Assembly: GCA_963815195.1 (NCBI GenBank)
Contig: CAWFGE010000023.1
Location: 480,001 to 544,000, forward strand
Source: an uncultured Planctomycetaceae bacterium
GTDB taxonomy: Bacteria > Planctomycetota > Planctomycetia > Planctomycetales > Planctomycetaceae
Reading direction: 5' to 3'
DNA length: 64,000 nt
Each line of letters begins with the position of its first letter. Within the stretch, counting starts at the first letter, position 1. Positions 42,981-56,126 of this stretch are shown one piece after another. Below the pieces are notes generated by a model that worked only from the letters and a program-made list of their open reading frames with translations, ran no database searches and was not told the DNA's origin. A program made the translations under genes and the position numbers.

Positions 42981-44449
42981 CACCCCTTTCAACATGTTAG
43001 TTTTTTGCTATAAGTCGCTTCTACAGGGATTGTTGTATCAAACCTTATGGAGGCGGCAAGGATGTGGCCCGACGCTGTGCTTGATCGTTTTGTGGAACAA
43101 TGTCCAGCGGCAGTGATGGTTCGAGCGACGCTCGAGAATCTTGTGTCGCCGGATCGACTGGATGAGATTTTCGCCGACGCTTCGCAGAGACAATACGAGA
43201 AAGAATTGCTGTTTTCGCAAGTGGTGGCCCTGATGATGGGCGTGGCGACGCGGACGCACAAGTCGGTCCATGCCGGGTACTTGGCGGCCAAGGAGCAACT
43301 GGCGGTTTCGCCGGCCGCACTTTATGGCAAGTTGAACCGTCTGGAACCCGGCCTTTCGGCGACGATGATCCGGGAAACGAGCCAGGACGCGGCTCAAGTC
43401 ATCGATGCCATGCCGGGAGCATGCCGCGAACTTTTGCCGGGCTATCACGTGCAGTATTTGGACGGGAATCATTTGGCGGCGACTGAGCATCGGCTGGCGG
43501 AATTGCGCGTCACGCGGGAAGGCCCTTTGCCGGGCCAGACCTTGGCGCTTCTGGACGCGCAGCGGGATCTGATTTCGGAACTGCTTCCGTGTGAAGACGG
43601 CCATGCCCAGGAACGTTCGCTTCTGCCGGAGACTTCTGGAATGGATCCGGGCCGAGACAGTGACAATCGCCGACCGGAACTTCTGCACGACCAAGTTTCT
43701 GTTTGGAATTGTCAAGCAGTCGGCCTACTTTGTCATTCGCCAACACGCTTCGACACTCACCTGGAAACTCGTCGGTCGCCGGAAACGCATCGGACGCATC
43801 GAAACGGGTCTTGTTTTCGAGCAGTCGGCCGAGCTGTCCCAGGGTGAAGAGACGTTGCGAGTCCGGCGGATCACCATCCAATTGGATACGCCCACAGAGA
43901 ATGGTGACACTGAGATTCACATCCTGACCAACTTGCCTGTCAAAGTCGCCAATGCGCGAAAAGTGGCTTTTCTGTATCGCAAGCGCTGGACGATTGAAGA
44001 AGCCTTCCAAACTCTGACCGAGGTGTTGCGTTGCGAAGTGGAGACGCTGGGCTACCCCAAGGCGGCGCTGTTCGCCTTCGCCACGGCGGTATTGGCCTAT
44101 AACACTTATGCCGTCGTGAAAGCGGCCCTGCGGTCCGTTCACAGTGCAGAAACGATCGACGAACAACTGTCGGACTATCATCTGACGCAGGACGTGACAG
44201 CCACGACGGTGGGCATGAACATCGCCGTGGACGCGGAAATCTGGGAGGGCTATCAAATCATGCCACCTCGAAAACTCGCGATCGAGTTGGTGCGACTCGC
44301 GAAACGCATCGACCTGACGCGTTACCCCAAAAAGAAACGCGGGCCGAAAAAACCACAGCCTCGAAAAAAGAGCGGCAAACGGAATCACCATATCTCCACC
44401 GCGCGAACTCTGGCCAAATCCAGGGGTAAGTGACATGTTGAAAGGGGTG
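42981..44449 (+). mobile_element. IS4-family insertion sequence with 17-bp TIRs and ~11-bp TSD
   Basis: cacccctttcaacatgt / acatgttgaaaggggtg; GCTGGACCGGC at 42970-42980 and 44450-44460. Confidence 0.92.
43062..44433 (+). CDS. IS4-family transposase; frameshift near 43630
   Basis: LDGN, IADRNF, YRKRWTIEEAF (YREK-like). Confidence 0.88.
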
Positions 44450-45161
44450 GCTGGACCGGCCAACTGAGTTCTCAGTCGCTCAAGCCCATACAACTCAAGA
44501 TCCCATCCGTACTCTTCCTTGACCGTTGCAATGGCTTGATCGCGTTCACTGGGCGTGGGTTGCTTGACGAAGGAAAACACGACCTGATCGCAATCGTGGC
44601 CCATTTCCCCGATTCTGTCACAGTCTTCATACAGCTTTCTCTTCCAGTCCTTTCGTAAAGAGTAGGCAAAGATCGTCGTGACGCCACTCGGGTCAGTTGT
44701 TCGATGAAGAGCGTCTCGGCCTAAGTCCGCAGTGCCTCCAATAGGCTCAATGGTTCCGAAGCCGGCGCCGCAGAATATGTCCGTGCACAGCGATTCAAAG
44801 TCGCGGTTATCGGTGGCCCGTTCAAGACAAAAGCGTATCGAGTCTGCGGACATCTCTGTCAACCGTTAAAAATGCGGTTCCTTTGGACGGCATTGTACCA
44901 AATACGCCAATGTTACGCCTCGGACGATGTGACTGATTCATGCTGCAGTCAATGAGGCGTGCTGGGCCGGACGATTTCTACTCGGCGGGGTGGCATGCTC
45001 ATGGCTTTGCATGAGCATGCATTTGGATGAAACTTTGATTCCTCTCAGAATCGAAAAATACAGTGACAAAACAGCGAAGTAGGATCCGCTGTATGGACCG
45101 TTTCTAAATTGGCCGATCCCAATTATTTATTGAAGCCACGCAGACAATTTCATTGTCTCAA

Positions 45162-46747
45162 TCACCCGCGCAACCCGCCCGCGAGGGGGAGGCCTTCGTA
45201 GGTGCGGCCTTCTTCGCCGGTTTGGGCGTTGCCTAGGGCGATTTGGTAGAGTTTGCGGCCGGCTTTCGTGGGATAGATCGTGTTGATGCAGGCCTGGCAG
45301 AGGGCTTCTTCGGGGAGTTCCAGGCAGCGGGTGATCGATGCCAGCGGGAGATACCGGAGGCTGTCGGCCCCGATGGCGTCGGCCATTTCTTGTTCGATCT
45401 CCGGCGTGATGCAGGTGCCTTCCATGAACTTTGGGGCGAAGAGTTCCCCTACGGTGGACATGTCGATCCCGTAAAAGCAGGGGGCCACGATCGGCGGGCA
45501 GGCGACCCGCACGTGGACTTCTTTCGCCCGGCCGCGCTCTTTGAGTTGGTGCACCAGGGCTTTCATCGTGGTCGAGCGGACGATCGTGTCTTCCACCAAG
45601 AGCACCCGCTTGCCTTCGAGCACTTCCCGCAGCGGAGTGTATTTCATCCGCACCTTGTCCGCCCGGTTCGTGCCTTCGATGAACGTCCGTCCGACGTAGC
45701 GGTTGCGGATCAGGCCTTCCATCGAGGGCACTTTCAAGTGGAAGGCCATGCTGTCGGCGGCGGCTTTCGCGGTGTCGGGGACGGGGACGACGATGGTGTC
45801 GTTGTCGATGGGGGCGGTTTCCTGGTTCGCCAGCTCCTCGCCGAGCCGTTTGCGGGTGAGATAGACGCTGCGGTCGTCCAACGTGCTGGCGACGTTGGCG
45901 AAATAGATCCACTCGAAAAAGCAATGCGACCGGCGTTTCTCCGGGGCGAACTGTTTGATCGAGAATTCCCCGTTCTCGATGATCGCCGCGTGGCCGGGCG
46001 GCAGGCTTTTGATGTTTTTGTCCTCGAAGCCCAAGTGCGCGAGCGCGACACTTTCGCTGGCGGCGGCGAACAGCGGGCCTTCCTTGGCATAGCAGAGCGG
46101 GCGGAACCCCATCGCATCCCGGGCCACGAACATGTCCCCCAGGGCATTGAGGAACACCATGTTATACGCCCCGTCCAAGCGGCGCACAGCCGCGCGAGCA
46201 AATCGCCGAGGGACACCCTCTGGTCTCCCGACAACTCGCGGGAGATGAGGTGCATCAGAATTTCGGTGTCGGTTTCGCGGGCCAGGTGGAAATTCGGCTC
46301 GGCGAGAATCTCGTCCCGCAGATCGGTGTAATTCGCCAACTGGCCGTTGAAGGCAAAGCTGAACCATTTGGATTTTTCGATGTGGTGCCGCTCGAACGGC
46401 TGGGCGTAGCTGCGGTCGTCTTTGCCGCAGGTGGCGTAGCGGGTGTGGCCGATGGCGGCAGGGCCGGAGTATTCGACCATCAGTTCGGAAACCAGGCTGG
46501 GATGGTTCAGATGGAACACCTCGGTGACGCTGCCCACGTCTTTGTGGGTGTCGATGAGTTGCCGGCGCCGGGGGTGAAAGCTTGTCATGCCCGCGGCCAA
46601 CTGCCCCCGGTTTTGGATGTCGAGGAGAAGTTGCATCATCAAGCGGGCGGTTTGGTCGGGGTCTTCAAACGGGACGAGGGGGCTGACGTATTCGCCGGGG
46701 AGATGATAGACGGCCGCAACGCCGCACTCGTGAAACAGTTCCGCCAT
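45162..46747 (-). CDS. purF: Amidophosphoribosyltransferase; frameshift near 46195
   Basis: [43 protein letters not shown]. Confidence 0.95.
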
Positions 46748-47113
46748 TCGGGAAGGCTCTCAGGGCAGGGATGAGGAAGGGGAATGGACGGTGAAATCTT
46801 GGAAAATTCACCACAACTTCATCATATCGCGAGCGGGCCGGGGAACCAAGGACGGGCGGCGGATTTCTTCGCCCGAGGCGCGTCAATCGCCTGTTGTGTC
46901 CGTGAAGTGAAGTTGCGTTGGAATGGAATTTAACCCGGTCGGCCCGAATGCCGCGAAGGGGGGGATCTTTCCGGGTTTTTCCTGAAGGGAATTGACTTTG
47001 CAAGCGAGACGCCGGGATAATGGATTCCGCGAATTGCCCGCCCGTCAACCCTGGTGGATGGATTCGCGACGGAAAACCAAACATTGGAACTTGGGACACT
47101 GTTGTTGCCTTCA

Positions 47114-47129
47114 CGGAACGGCGTTTGCA
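47114..47129 (+). promoter_or_regulatory. Possible sigma-54 promoter upstream of the giant protein
   Basis: CGGAAC-GGCGT-TTGCA, GG-N10-GC. Confidence 0.35.
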
Positions 47130-47487
47130 TCGGGACCGGAGCCTGGCGATGTTGACCATCGATTCCCCGAACCCTTCAACCGGCATAAACCGCAGGCGTG
47201 GCCGCGGCCCGCCTGTTGGATTTCTTTGGAAAATCCCTCCGAGCTCCTACGATGCACACCCGAACCTTGCCGCATTGCGGAGTTTAGGCGTTCCAGACAA
47301 ATCAAGTCACGTTTGCGGAATGGGAAAACGAATCTTATCAATAGCAGACCCTGCGCGGCCGCATGGTGCTCCGCGCGAACTGTTCCATTTGGCGCAAGCA
47401 TCCGCATCGTGAGTAGGCATCACCAAGGCAACCGACACGCTGACGAACATCCTTGATCTCTGCAGCCACACCCTGGGGATTTCTTCA

Positions 47488-50400
47488 ATGGGACTGAGTT
47501 CTTTCATTCAAAACCTGTTGGCCCGACGCCGCGGCGAGCGGCGGACAGCTCGGTCTGCGCGCAGGAGTCCGTCCAACTGTTCCTCACCCGCCTCGAGGAC
47601 CGCCGGGTCTTGAACGCGGCGTTTGCGGTCTCCGGGGGCAACTCGCTGCAGCTCAACAATTTCACCCAGACATCGGCGGAAAGCCTTACTGTCCAGGACA
47701 CGGGGACCGGTTCTTACCAGTTTGTTCTTTCCGACGGCAATTGGAGCGGAACCGACGGCGGCGGCGTGACGGGGAACAACTCGAACACGCTCATCGTGGA
47801 CAAGACCCTCATCAACAACTCGATCCAGATCAACGATTCCGCCAATATCGACTTTGGGATCACGTTCGACAGCAGCGATTTTTCCGGGCTGTCGGGAAGT
47901 TTGGACATCATCGGGGCCGGGGCGGTCTCCCAAAACCTGGGCACGACGCTCAAGGTCTCGACCTTCAACGTCGATGCCGTCAGCGTCTCGCTGGGAGAAA
48001 CGACCAATAATTTCGGGGCCGTGACGGTGAATGTCGCCGCCGACGCCACCCTCGCCGATACGGACGACATCACGCTGGGCAATGTGACCACCGGGAGTGC
48101 GTTCCAGGTCACTTCGGGCGGCGTGATGACTCTCACGGGGAACGTGTCCTCCGGCGGAACCGTGATGCTGACCGCTTCCGGCACGGGCGCGGACATTGTG
48201 ATGCAGCCTGCGTCGGTCATCAGCACGACCGCCGACAATGTCACGTTATTGGCGGATGACAGCGTGCAACTCGCTCAAGTCGTCGCGGGCGGCACGAGCA
48301 TGGTCAGCGTGACCGCGACCAACGGAGCCATCACCGACGCGGATGCCGCGGACGACACGACGCCCAACATCATCGGTGACAATGTCCATCTGCAAGCCGC
48401 GACCGGCATCGGCGCGTCGGCGCTGCCGACGTTCGGCGACGGCGAAGATATCGACATCAACGCGGGCACCCTGACCGCCACGAACACGACCTCGGGATCG
48501 ATCCAGATCGATGAAGTCGACGATGTGGCTTTGAACCAGGTGTCCAATCCCGGAGGGATCGTGCTCATTGCCGCCGGCGGCCAAATCACCGACGGCACGC
48601 CGGGCGACGACAGCACCGTCAATATCGTCGCCGATCAAGCCGGACTCCAAGCGGCCGGCGGCATTGGTGACGGCGTGGCGGGCGACTTGAACGACATCGA
48701 CACCAACATCACAACGCTCGCCGCCCGGACCAACACCGGCGACATCAACATTGACGAGACCGATACTCTGTCCATCGGCTCGGTCGGCGGTTTGAACGGG
48801 GTGCAGATCACCAACTCCGACGGCACCGCGACAGCAGGCGACGACATCACCGTGCTCGCGGGCGGCACGCTCACGGTGAGTCAGGCCGTGATCGACAATG
48901 ACGGCGGCAATATCGTTCTGACCGCCAAGTCCGGCAATGATCTATTGGTCAATGCGGACGTGTTGGCCTTCGCCCCGGGAAACATCACGCTCACCGGGCA
49001 AAATGTAACGGTCGACAACTCGGCGACAGTCCAAATCACAGGCACGGGGACCATCACATCGACCACGCCGAAGAACGGGCCGGTCACCGGCACGGGCATT
49101 ATTACCGTGAACGCCTCGGCGATGACGATGATCGGTGCGACCTCCACCCTGCGGACCGGCGGCGGAGTGATCCAGATCACCACCGACGATCTCGAAATCG
49201 CGACCGGCGGTCTGATTGCCGCCGATGCCTTGAACGGCGGCGTGGTGATGATCCGCAACGCCAGCCCGGGCCGGGATATTGAACTCGGGGGCACGGTCGG
49301 CGGCGCGGTGCTCAACATCAGCAATGCGGATCTCGCCGGCATCTCCGCGGACTCGCTGCGGATCGGCCTTTTAGACGGCGTCAACGATGTGGGCAACATT
49401 ACCTTCACCGGAACGTTTTCCGCCTCGGCCGCCATGCTGCCCACGGTACAGCTTTTCGCCGCCGGCAACATCACACAAAACGCCGGGGCGGGATTTCGCG
49501 CGAGTAACATCGGGATCACGACCAACGGTTCCGTGGCGTTGGGCGACCCGGCGAACGATGCGATCAACACCCTCGCCGTCTCCGCGGGCGGCAGCGTGCT
49601 GTTTAACGATGCGAACTCACTGACCATCGGGCAGGTGAGCGATGCGGTGGACAACGCCTTCCCCGCCGACGGCGAAACCGGAGTTTCCGGTGTGACCGCA
49701 ATGGGGGCCGGCAATGGGTTCGTCGATCTTGAGGCTCAAAATGGACCGCTCACCGTCACTGCGGATATTTCCGCCGCGGGCGTGAATGCGACGAACAATC
49801 TCGCCGTGAACCTGCTCGCCGCCGCGCCGAACTCGGCGATCAACATCAACGCCGGCGCGAACGTCGCTTCGACGGCCGGCGCGCACCGTTATACCGCCGA
49901 CAATATGGACATCCAGGGCACGATCACCGCGTCGGCCGCGGATTATTCCGTCAACCTGCGAAACGCGACCGCGGGCGTGGCAATCAACTTGGGCTCCGCC
50001 GGTGCGAACGCCGCCAATAATACGCTCGAACTTTCCGATGCGGAGTTGGATCGGATCACCACCAACTTGCTCGCCATCGGCCGCAATACGGGGAACCCGT
50101 CGGGGAACATCACATTGACGGACATCGTCAGTCCCGCCAATACGAGCACGCTGCATCTCATCACCGCGGGCACGGTCACCGATGCCGGGGCGGGAGCGGT
50201 CGTCGTCCCGAATCTGCTCATCGAAGCCGGCGGCGGGGCGACGCTCGACAATATTCTCAGCAATGATGTGGACACGCTCGCCGGCTTGATCGCAGGCCCC
50301 GGAGCGGCCCTCGTGTTTATGGACAGGAGCGATGTGACCGTGGGCATGGTGAACCGCTTGACCGTCACCAACGACGCCAACGAAACCGCCGGCCTCGGCA

Positions 50401-53400
50401 TGCAGGTCGGCATCGACACCAACGGCGGGAACGTGCAAATCGTCTCAAATACCGGCGGGGTCAGCGTCTCGAAGACGATCGACACGACCGCGGACGTTTC
50501 GGGCCAGGACTCCGGCGCGGTGACGATCACCGCCCTCGGCACGGGCGGCATCGTCGTGGATGCTCCGATCGTCACCACGGGCATCACCGCGGCCGCCAAC
50601 GGGCAAGGCGGCGACATCACGCTCACCACGAACACCGGCAGCATCCAGATCAATACAACCACCGGCAGCCTAAACGCCGTGGGCGGCGGTGCCGGGGCCG
50701 TGGACGGCGGGAACATCACCTTGGACGCGAACGGCCAAAACGCCGACGTGATTGTAGGCGGTCCGATTACGACGAACGACGTGGACGACGGCACCGTGCG
50801 GGGCTCGGTGACGATCACTGCCGATGATGCCGTCGCGATCAACCAGGCGATTTCCACACAGGACCCGCTCGACATGGGCTTCGGGTCAATTACGATCACC
50901 GCGAATGATTCCAATTTGGATGGAAACGGCGATGGGGCGCTGACGACGAGTGCGGGAACGATCACCTCATCGCGAGGCAAGGTGACTCTCCAAACAAAAG
51001 CGGACGTCTCCGATGACGCGGCGATCACGGTGGGGCAAATCACCACCGCGGGCGGCGCTGTGCTCATCGACGCCAACGGGATGAATGCGGATGTGACGCT
51101 GACGAACACTGTCACGACCGGCGACGGCGGCGTAATGGTGCTAGCCGATGACACGGTCACCTTTCAATCCACGGCCATGATCCAGGCGACGGGCACGGGT
51201 GATGTCACGGTGCAGGCCAATGCAGATATGTCAGCCGGTGGGGGCAGCAATGAAATCCTCATGGCCGACGGTTCGGTCATCGATGCTGGCAGCGGCAAGG
51301 TGACCCTCCAGACGGCCGGAACGGGCGGCGGGAACATCACTTTGGGCCGCATCGTCACAACGAACGCCACGGCGAGTGCGGTGACGATCAACTCCCAAAT
51401 GGCTGTCCTCGACGGCGGCGACACGGGCGGAGCGGACATCGAAGCACTCGATACCGGTTCCACCATCAACATCACCGCCGTCACTGGCGTGGGAACTTTG
51501 GCCGATCCCATCGAAGCCAGCGGCGTGCGGTTCAACGTCAACAACACCGGCACCGGTGCTTCCATCGATCCAAACCAAACCTTCGAAGTCGCGATCAATA
51601 ATAGCTCGGCGGGGAACGATGTCGAGATCGTTCAACTGGCTGGGGCTTCCGCCCGCACCGTCATCAATCCCGGAGTGGCCGGCTCCACGATCACATTTAA
51701 CAACACCGGAGGCGGGCTGTTGACAATTTCCAACAGCGGCGTTTCCAGCGGGAATCTCTCGAACAACGTCAACGGCGGCGACATTTTCATCTCCACCGAT
51801 GGGGGTCTCCTGGTGACGGCCCCTCTGAACACGCAAGGTGGTTCGGGAGGCAGCTTCACGGTCAACGGCGGCGCGACGTTCGATCCGGGGGCCGCGATTC
51901 TGCTTGGAGCAGGCAATATCGCCCTCACCGACACGGGTGGAACGCCGGACATTGTTATCAATACGCCTCTGACGATCTCGGGCTCGACGGCATTGAACGC
52001 CCCGCGGGACATTATCGTTAACACGGCCCTCACGATGTCCGATGCCGCGGGCAACTTGACGCTTTCGGCCGACAGCGATATGGACGGCGTGGGCGGCGTC
52101 GTGGTGCGGACCGCGGGGCAGGTCGTCTCTGCGAACACGCTCACGATGGAAGGCTCGGATGTCTTCGCCACCACCTCGGTCTCCGCCCCCATTCGCGATG
52201 CGGTCAACATCGAAGGCGACGGCGCCAACGTCCAAGTTCAATCCGCGGGCGATCTCACCATTCAAAACCGCGCCTCGGCGAGTGCCAATGCCGACGTGGT
52301 TTTGGCCGGCGTGATTCAATCGACCTCGGGCAACATTTTCATCGACCCCAACTTCGGAAATATCGCGCCCGCGGCGGACAACAAAATTCACCTGGCGGGC
52401 GACACGACGCTGACCGCGGCGGGGGACATCACCTTCAACGGCCCCGTGACTGACGATGGCAACAACGCGACGGCTTCCAATTTGACCGTCAACACCACCG
52501 CGAAGACGGTCTTTCGGGGGCGGGTGGGCGATGATGTCACCAAGTCCGCCACGCTGCCCGACCGCATCGACAGCTTGACCACCGACCCCGGCGGAACCAC
52601 GGAAATCCACGGCGGCTTTGTGAGCACCGTTAATTTTCAGACGTACGGCGACAATGTCCTCATCGATGCCGACGCCGGCGGAGCCACAACGATCACGGCG
52701 GGCGGAAGCGTCATGTTCCAAGGCACGGTGGACGGTTTGGACGCCACGGCCAACGACGATTTGGTCCTCGACGTCACCGGCACGACGACGTTCGCCGACG
52801 TCGTCGGCGGAAACCAGCGCATCGGCGACGGCACGGGGCCGGCTTTGTCCGTCTACTCCGACGGAGAGACCTTCTTCAATTCGCAGGTCGTCACGCAATC
52901 CGGCCTCTATCAAGACAACAACGCCGGGCGAATCACCTTCCGCGAAGACGTCAACATCGCCAAGGGCGATACGGAAACCTTTCTGAATGCCGACGTGACC
53001 TTGGACAGCCTCACGTTCTTCTCGGACGGGAACATCACGTTCGGATCGGGGCCGGGACTCGATAACCTCTATATCGAAGTTGGCTCGCTGGTGGACACCC
53101 GCAACAGTAGCGGCAACGTCACGGTCAACAGCAACATCACCGATCCGCTGGCGACGAACCAGAACCTGACCTTCAACTTGAATCAGGGGGATCTGATCAT
53201 CGCCGGCAGCGTCGGCACGGCGGGCAACCCCTTGGGCAACCTGCTGGTGCAAAGCGCCAACGATTTCTTCTTCGCCCCCTCGGGCTTTCAGAACATGTAC
53301 GTCGAAAGCCTCGTGCAACAGACCGGCATCGACGCGCCGGGCGACACGGCCGACACGAACCTGAGCGGGAACGTCACCGCACTCACGGGCGGCATCAATC

Positions 53401-55358
53401 TGTCGTCAACCAACGTGACTTACAACGCCAACATCGCGGCTCAAGGCGCGGGAACCATTGTGACCCAGGCGAGCTTTAACATCACATACACCGAATTCAG
53501 CTCGACCACGACGGTGAGCGGCAAGGTGGACTCCAAGGCGGGTCATGATATTGTCATGGGCGAAGTGCTCACCCCGGCAATGACGACGTTCGTCGCTACG
53601 ATCGATGCGAACGGCAATGACGTGCTACTGCTCGCTGGCAACGATCTCACCGTCAGTCAAATTCGCACCGCCCTAGGATATGTTGACCTGACTGCGAACG
53701 GAGCCGTGATCGACGGTGGCGATCTCTCCGGTCTGGCCTCCGTCGGGACAATTGACATTCAGGCGGCCCAATTGCAGATCACGGCAAACACCGGCATCGC
53801 GGCGACCGGCAACATGTTTCTGGAAACAATGGTTTCCGACCTGGAAGCCGTCAACGGCACGAACGGCATCTTCATCGCCAACACCGGTTCATTGGTGATC
53901 GGGGACATCTCCCCAACGACCGACGGCGTTAGCACGTTTAGTGGAAATATCATGATTGGCGCGACCGGCAACATCACGTTGGCCGAGGACATCGTGATCA
54001 CTAGCACGGGACAGATCGTCGTCAGCGCCGGAGGCAATGTCGAATTCGACAATCAGGCCAAGGCCATGAGTTCCACAGGATTGGTGCTTCAGCCTTCGCC
54101 GCTGGTTCCCGTCCAACTGATCGGCACTCCGCAGGTGGATGTGACCGGACTGGCCTCGCTCACCTTCACCGTCGGATTGCCAGGCGAAACGAACTTCGTC
54201 GCCGTGGTGGACTGGGGCGACGGCACCGCGACGGTGATGCATGTCGATGCCGGGCAACACACGATCACGCACCCGTATCAAAAGCCGCCTGATGCGGCGA
54301 ATCCGGGGGCCGACATCCGCGTGCTGCTTGTGGTCACGACGGACCCGAACATTCATTTCTTTGGGGCCAACGTGCCCAGCCTGGTCACTCCAAACCCGCC
54401 GCTTCCCACGCCCTCCGGCCCGATTGGCGTTGGCAATCTCTTGTTCCCGAATCCGGGAGACATTTCTCCGAATGATTTGGTCAACAGGGCCATCGGTCAG
54501 CAGGATTTGGGCTTTTTCTCGGTGGTGGTGGCGTTTCAGGTGTCGCGGATCCAATTTGGCGGCGTGTCCGTGATTCCAACGCCCGCTCGGCCGCCGTTCT
54601 TCATTCCCGGTGCGGCCACGTTTCCTTTACTTGTCACCTCCACGCGTCCTCCAGAAAACGCGAACGATCTGGAATCGGGCGGCACGAATGCCGAGGAAAA
54701 CGCGGAAGGCGAGGTGCAGGTCATCCTCCGCGTTTTCGGTCCCACCGGCGAAAAGCTGTCGGATCAGCCCATCGATTCCAAGTATCTGGCGGATCCCACG
54801 GAACTCTGGAACAGGCTGCCCGACGGCCGGTATCAGATCATCGTGATCGAACCGGGGCAGACGGTGGGGATTGTCGTCCGCGATGTCGAGCTCAAACAGC
54901 ACAAGGTGATCCGCCGCTTCGACAAGTTCCGTCCCAATCCCAACGCCGAAGCAAACCCCAACCAGGAATCCAGCCAAGCGGAAACCCCGGCCGCGAACCG
55001 CCCCATCTCGAAGAACTCTTCCGGCGTGAACGACAACCCCGATGCGGAACCGCGGCCGGCGGAAGCGGGCGAACCCGTCGGAGAGGCAGCGGAAACCCCG
55101 GCGGGCGAAGCGGTCTCCGACCGCGCGTGGGAAAACTGGCGGCCTTCCCCGGCCGACCGGTTTTCGCATCGCGTTGCCGATCCCGCAGAAGACTCGGCTC
55201 GCGGGAACGTGGTCCTTCCCGCCGCTGCGGTCGCGGGCGGATTGGCCTTGGGGACTCTGCTGCCTCGTACCTCCCGCGATGCGGATTCCCGGATGATGCA
55301 GTTCTCCAAATCCGCAATTTCCCCCGCCGCGCGGTTGCGCCGCCGGCTGCGGAAATAG
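47488..55358 (+). CDS. Giant (~2600 aa) LEPR-XLL surface protein / adhesin with beta-rich repeats and a PKD-like domain
   Basis: LTRLEDRRVLNA in frame just before 47610; ATG 47488 requires a frameshift; G/T/N/D-rich repeats; VVDWGDG. Confidence 0.85.
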
Positions 55359-55574
55359 GATGGAACCCGAAGAGGTGGCAAAAAATCTCCCCAAACTCTG
55401 GCGGTTTGTGGGGTGATTCACAGATTTTTGCCGGCGGCTTTCTCGATACTTGGTATCTTAGAGTGAAGGGAAGCACTTTTAGGAAATTCTTCGCCATTTC
55501 TCGTTCGCCTCCCCTCGTCATTTGATTGTCGCGTTTCCCGCCTTGTCCCTTCGTCCGCAAATTGAGTCGGTGCT

Positions 55575-56126
55575 ATGACGGCTGCCCCGAATTCTCCCAA
55601 TGATTGGAACGATTGCCCGCCCGGTGAAATCGGCGGGCTGGTCAATGATCTCAAAAGCTGCCGCCGGCGGAAGACGTTGGGGCAAGCCGCCGGTGTGAGC
55701 GCGGCGATCGTGGGGATTGCCTTGCTGCTGACGGGCTGGTTTTCGGGGTGGTATTTGGGAGCGGAGCCCCTGCACGCGATCAGTTGCCAAAAGGTGCACC
55801 GCCTGGCCCCGGAATATGTGGCGGGTCGGTTGAACGCGGATTGGAGCGAGAAAATCCGGGAGCATCTGCAAGAGTGCAAGTCCTGCCGGGACGATATTCA
55901 CGCCGAGTTCCCGAAGTTTCCGCTCCCGGAACAATCCGCCGCCATCCCGCACGCGGTTCCGAACGGTGTATCTTTCTGTGTTAGTGCACCTCTTTTTTTG
56001 GGCGAAGTTATACCATGCCCGATACTCGCAAACATCGTGGCCCGCATCCGCAGGACGGGGACCTGTTTGCGCGGCCGGCGTGGCCGGTGCTTGCGGAAGC
56101 GGTGGGGCATTTATCCTGGCTGTTGA
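55575..56126 (+). CDS. Protein with TM segment and zf-HC2 (HxxxCxxC) anti-sigma-like motif; 3' end uncertain
   Basis: WNDCPPGEI, TM segment, HLQECKSC. Confidence 0.6.
   Translation: MTAAPNSPNDWNDCPPGEIGGLVNDLKSCRRRKTLGQAAGVSAAIVGIALLLTGWFSGWYLGAEPLHAISCQKVHRLAPEYVAGRLNADWSEKIREHLQECKSCRDDIHAEFPKFPLPEQSAAIPHAVPNGVSFCVSAPLFLGEVIPCPILANIVARIRRTGTCLRGRRGRCLRKRWGIYPGC

Larger units (their letters stand above)
41539..44853 (-). pseudogene. Argonaute partner: Mrr-like nuclease + TIR-like + APAZ, ~610 aa reconstructed, interrupted by IS4 and with a frameshift near 41800
   Basis: Removing the IS and one TSD joins ..LRTQLAGPA to NHLLSAYPSIF in frame; FESLC..GGTADLGRDA..IFAYS; TIR-like LIDH..AAWLTRRLELAGY; APAZ-like ETLYSNAFPV and RRK..KGWYNQHW; stop overlaps the pAgo ATG. 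Confidence 0.82.

Noticed and set aside
43510..44862. 450-aa ORF as a real gene
   Set aside because: Only the first ~135 codons are the effector N-terminus; the rest is read-through antisense to the IS4 transposase.
46750..47487. Riboswitch or ncRNA in the purF-adhesin intergenic region
   Set aside because: No consensus I could recognise by eye; an Rfam search is needed.
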